Assembly (NCBI GenBank): GCA_964653715.1
Contig: CAZZGX010000019.1
Coordinates: 1 to 43,068, forward strand
Reading direction: 5' to 3'
Origin: an uncultured Candidatus Saccharibacteria bacterium
GTDB taxonomy: Bacteria > Patescibacteriota > Minisyncoccia > Ryanbacterales > GWA2-47-10b
Length of the DNA stretch: 43,068 nucleotides
This document shows positions 40,455 through 43,068 of this stretch, piece after piece (within the stretch, counting starts at the first letter, position 1; every line of letters starts with the position of its first letter). The translations under genes and the position numbers were made by a program. The notes under the pieces were generated by a model. That model was given only the letters and a program-made list of their open reading frames with translations, did not search any database and was not told where the DNA came from.

Positions 40455-41417
40455 ATGAAATCCGTATTAGTAACCGGATGCGCGGGGTTTATCGGGAGTA
40501 ATTTCGTCAAGCGTTTTAAGGCGCTCTATCCGCAAATCGAAATTGTGGGTATTGATGATTTTTCGACCGGCCGTAGAAGCGCGCTTGATAGATCAATTAC
40601 ATTTTACCAAGGATCGATTTGCGACGAGCCTCTTTTGGATCGTATTTTTAAAAAACACAGGCCGGAGCGCATTTTTCATTTCGCGGCTGTTCCGCGCGTC
40701 TCGTTGAGCGTCAAGAGTCCCGCCAAAACAACATTCCCAAATATCTACGGAACAGTTCTGCTCCTTGAGAAAAGCCGTGACCATAAAGTAAAACGGTTTA
40801 TCTACTCATCCTCATCTTCGGTTTATGGTGGCGCGAAGAAATTGCCGTCCAAAGAAAACAAAAATTTGCCGGATCCGCGATCACCATACGCGCTTCAAAA
40901 ATACGCGGGAGAGCTTTTTTGTAAAATGTTTAGCGAACTCTACACGCTCGACACCGTTTCTCTCAAATACTTCAATGTCTTCGGGCCGGGACAATACGGC
41001 GATTCTCCCTACTCGACAGTAATATCGGCGTGGCTCGAGGCGCTCTACTTTCCAAAAGGGAAAAAACCATTTATGGAAGGAGACGGGAAGCAGTCGCGTG
41101 ATTTTTGTTACGTTGATAATGTGGTGGATGCCAATATAGATGCTTTTAGAACAAAAAGAAAACTTCGGGGAGAAGCATTTAATGTCGCCCACGGGGAACG
41201 GACAAACCTTCTTGCCGTAAAGCGACTTATCGAAAAATTTACAGGACGCCAATTACATCTTAGACGCCAGCTACCGCGCGTGGGGGACGTGCGTCACACG
41301 CACGCTGATATCCAGAAAGCGCGCCGCATTCTCGGCTATCGCCCGAGGGTGAATTTTGAAACAGGGCTTAAGAAAACAGTTGAGTGGTACAAAACCAGTA
41401 AAAAAATTAGAAAATAG
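40455..41417 (+). CDS. SDR-family NAD-dependent sugar-nucleotide epimerase/dehydratase
   Basis: Rossmann VTGCAGFIGSN, catalytic YALQK (YxxxK), 320 aa. Confidence 0.85.
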   Translation: MKSVLVTGCAGFIGSNFVKRFKALYPQIEIVGIDDFSTGRRSALDRSITFYQGSICDEPLLDRIFKKHRPERIFHFAAVPRVSLSVKSPAKTTFPNIYGTVLLLEKSRDHKVKRFIYSSSSSVYGGAKKLPSKENKNLPDPRSPYALQKYAGELFCKMFSELYTLDTVSLKYFNVFGPGQYGDSPYSTVISAWLEALYFPKGKKPFMEGDGKQSRDFCYVDNVVDANIDAFRTKRKLRGEAFNVAHGERTNLLAVKRLIEKFTGRQLHLRRQLPRVGDVRHTHADIQKARRILGYRPRVNFETGLKKTVEWYKTSKKIRK

Positions 41418-41418
41418 T

Positions 41419-41817
41419 ATGAACAAAATCACAAAAAGCGACGAAGAGTGGAAGAAAGAACTTTCTCAGGAAGAGTATCGCGTCATTCGCGAGAAAGGGA
41501 CGGAGCGCGCCTTCGCCGGAGCCTACTGGAATTCAAAAGAGAAGGGGATGTATCTCTGTCGTGCTTGCGGGCAAGAGCTTTTTTCGTCTGATGCTAAATT
41601 TGACTCGGGCACCGGCTGGCCCAGCTACTGGCAGCCGGTTTCAGATGCGAATGTAAAGCTCGAATCTGATGCAACTCTTGGCGCGGAGCGCGTTGAGGTT
41701 ATGTGCGGCCGCTGCGGGGCGCATTTGGGGCATGTGTTTGAAGACGGCCCAAAACCAACAGGCAAACGCTTTTGTATCAACTCTATCTCGCTCAAGCTAA
41801 AACAAGAAAGAGAATAA
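41419..41817 (+). CDS. msrB: Peptide-methionine (R)-S-oxide reductase MsrB
   Basis: CRAC...CGRC zinc cysteines, GHVFEDGP, RFCINS catalytic Cys. Start re-picked at MNKITKSDEEW. Confidence 0.9.
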   Translation: MNKITKSDEEWKKELSQEEYRVIREKGTERAFAGAYWNSKEKGMYLCRACGQELFSSDAKFDSGTGWPSYWQPVSDANVKLESDATLGAERVEVMCGRCGAHLGHVFEDGPKPTGKRFCINSISLKLKQERE

Positions 41818-41920
41818 CTTTTTATCTGTTTTAGACAGGTCTTGACAAAGTTTCTCAAAAGCGCTATTATTTAAATAGAAGTTTTTCGACACCCTGTTTT
41901 TATAAGAAAGGAGACAAGCA

Positions 41921-42385
41921 ATGCAATTTTTGCTTGGCGCGTTTTTGGTTTTTCTCTTTCCTGTACTGAGCTTAGTTTCCCACTCTTCGCCCCTACTACT
42001 AGATGAGATACCCCATAAGGCCGCCGCGGCTCATGCCGTAGCATCCCTCTTTGTCTATAAAGTGCCGCAGCTTGCCAGCTTCTACGCTCAACAGTTCCAT
42101 GGCAGGAAGATGGCAAATCGCCGCACATTCAACATGTTCGATGCGAATATCGCCGCGCATCGCGATCTGCCTCTTGGCACTCACATTCGCGTTACGAATT
42201 TGCGAAACGGGAGGAGTTTGGACGCCACCGTTCAAGATCGGGGACCGTATGCACACCCAGAAAAACGCATACTCGATCTTTCTTGGGCGGCCGCCAGGCG
42301 CCTCGACTTTATCAAGCAGGGGTTGGCTCCAATCCAGCTCGAGGTGCTCTCGGTGCCCGCGCCCAAAGTGCGACGAGCCTCATAG
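41921..42385 (+). CDS. rlpA: RlpA family (DPBB) septal-ring lytic transglycosylase-like protein
   Basis: Signal/TM N-terminus; ASFYAQQFHGRKMANRRTF...AAHRDLPLGTHIRVTNLRNGRSLDATVQDRGPY...ILDLSWAAARRL. Confidence 0.8.
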   Translation: MQFLLGAFLVFLFPVLSLVSHSSPLLLDEIPHKAAAAHAVASLFVYKVPQLASFYAQQFHGRKMANRRTFNMFDANIAAHRDLPLGTHIRVTNLRNGRSLDATVQDRGPYAHPEKRILDLSWAAARRLDFIKQGLAPIQLEVLSVPAPKVRRAS

Positions 42386-42401
42386 GAGGCTCGTCTTTTT
42401 T
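42372..42401 (+). terminator. Intrinsic terminator after rlpA
   Basis: GACGAGCCTC-atag-GAGGCTCGTC followed by TTTTTT; the stop codon lies in the loop. Confidence 0.8.
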
Positions 42402-42417
42402 ATAAACAACAAATTTT

Positions 42418-42426
42418 TGCTACAGT
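42418..42426 (+). promoter_or_regulatory. Extended -10 TGcTACAGT placing +1 on ATG 42433
   Basis: 6-nt spacing; sits just after the rlpA terminator. Confidence 0.55.
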
Positions 42427-42432
42427 AATCTC

Positions 42433-43068
42433 ATGGAAAAACACCCCCTTCACCTCAAAAACCCCGAATTGCAGACATCTCCCGAAGTCCAACGGGCGGT
42501 TGAGCGTGAGGAACAGAAGACAGGTGAAAAGGTACCCAATGATCCGGCCGAACGCATCGAGGCCTATATGGATCGCCTCGAGAACATCTTTCTCAATCCG
42601 GACGAGCGAAAACGCGAGCGTAACCTCGAAATGTTCCGGGACAAGATATACGACGCGCTCATCATAAAGCCAGAAGTGGCCACGGAACAAATTTTGAAGG
42701 ATGAAGCAAAGGTCGCATTCGACCGCGGACATGGTCGCATCGAAATAACAGAGGAAATGAAAAATCGTCCCGAAACGCAAGAGCAGGCGGAAGCAGTTAT
42801 TAAGCGTCAAAAAGCGAGTCTTGATGACTGGATGGATTATCTGACTGGAAACGACGCTTCCTCCTACGATCCGTGGTTCAAGTACTATCTTTGGAACTCA
42901 ATAACAAAATTACAAACCCTAGTAAAAATTGAAAAGACAGACGAGAAAACCGGAGAAAAAGTTACGACCGCAGAATATCCGAAACGAACGCTGGGAACGC
43001 TGAAGCCGTTTCCGGATATTTTCCGTGGTAAACTCTCGCAGATTTACGATAAATACAATAAGTACATT
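42433..43068 (+). CDS. Hypothetical protein, N-terminal 212 aa (runs off window)
   Basis: Not in the track (no stop). ATG 42433 with TGcTACAGT -10 at 42418-42426. Charged, helical-looking sequence; no family recognised. Confidence 0.6.
   Translation, partial: MEKHPLHLKNPELQTSPEVQRAVEREEQKTGEKVPNDPAERIEAYMDRLENIFLNPDERKRERNLEMFRDKIYDALIIKPEVATEQILKDEAKVAFDRGHGRIEITEEMKNRPETQEQAEAVIKRQKASLDDWMDYLTGNDASSYDPWFKYYLWNSITKLQTLVKIEKTDEKTGEKVTTAEYPKRTLGTLKPFPDIFRGKLSQIYDKYNKYI

Noticed and set aside
1-43068. CRISPR arrays, rRNA genes, IS elements, integrases, reverse transcriptases
   Set aside because: I looked for regularly spaced direct repeats and for transposase, integrase or RT motifs in all listed ORFs. 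None was found.

Overview
The window reads as a chromosomal segment from a small-genome, CPR/Patescibacteria-like bacterium. That placement is an inference from compact housekeeping genes, minimised YebC, ValRS and MurE, a lamin-tail-domain surface protein, a PilB ATPase and no respiratory or biosynthetic genes. I support about 50 protein genes, 7 tRNAs, one tRNA 5' fragment and several intrinsic terminators. Core genes include a class A PBP, ruvC-yebC-ruvB, pilB, tsaE-polA-receiver-holA, rpsT, uvrB, ruvA-murE-like, hsp20-prsW-valS-tsaD, a MacA/MacB-type tripartite efflux set, uppS, a membrane-anchored ClpA/B-like ATPase, HIT, an S41 protease, rluA-family, rplS, msrB and rlpA. No CRISPR array, rRNA, transposase, integrase or reverse transcriptase was seen. 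Accessory or unusual content: (1) a minimal RelE-type TA cassette sits between convergent holA and rpsT, bracketed by a perfect 83-bp direct repeat. (2) An AT-rich mosaic island lies between tRNA-Leu and about 39.6 kb, carrying tRNA-His with tRNA-derived scars, a second TA pair and a stand-alone HldE-domain-II nucleotidyltransferase. (3) A translationally coupled DEDDy-exonuclease-WYL fusion and YkuK/DUF458 RNase-H-like pair is followed by a truncated Avd-like four-helix-bundle gene that runs into tRNA-Arg. (4) uppS is split at an A9 tract. (5) About 12 genes have a -10 box placed so that transcription should start on the start codon (leaderless), and two tRNAs abut or overlap the next start codon. 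All functional calls come from motif recognition in the supplied translations. No database search was run, and start codons were re-picked by eye.
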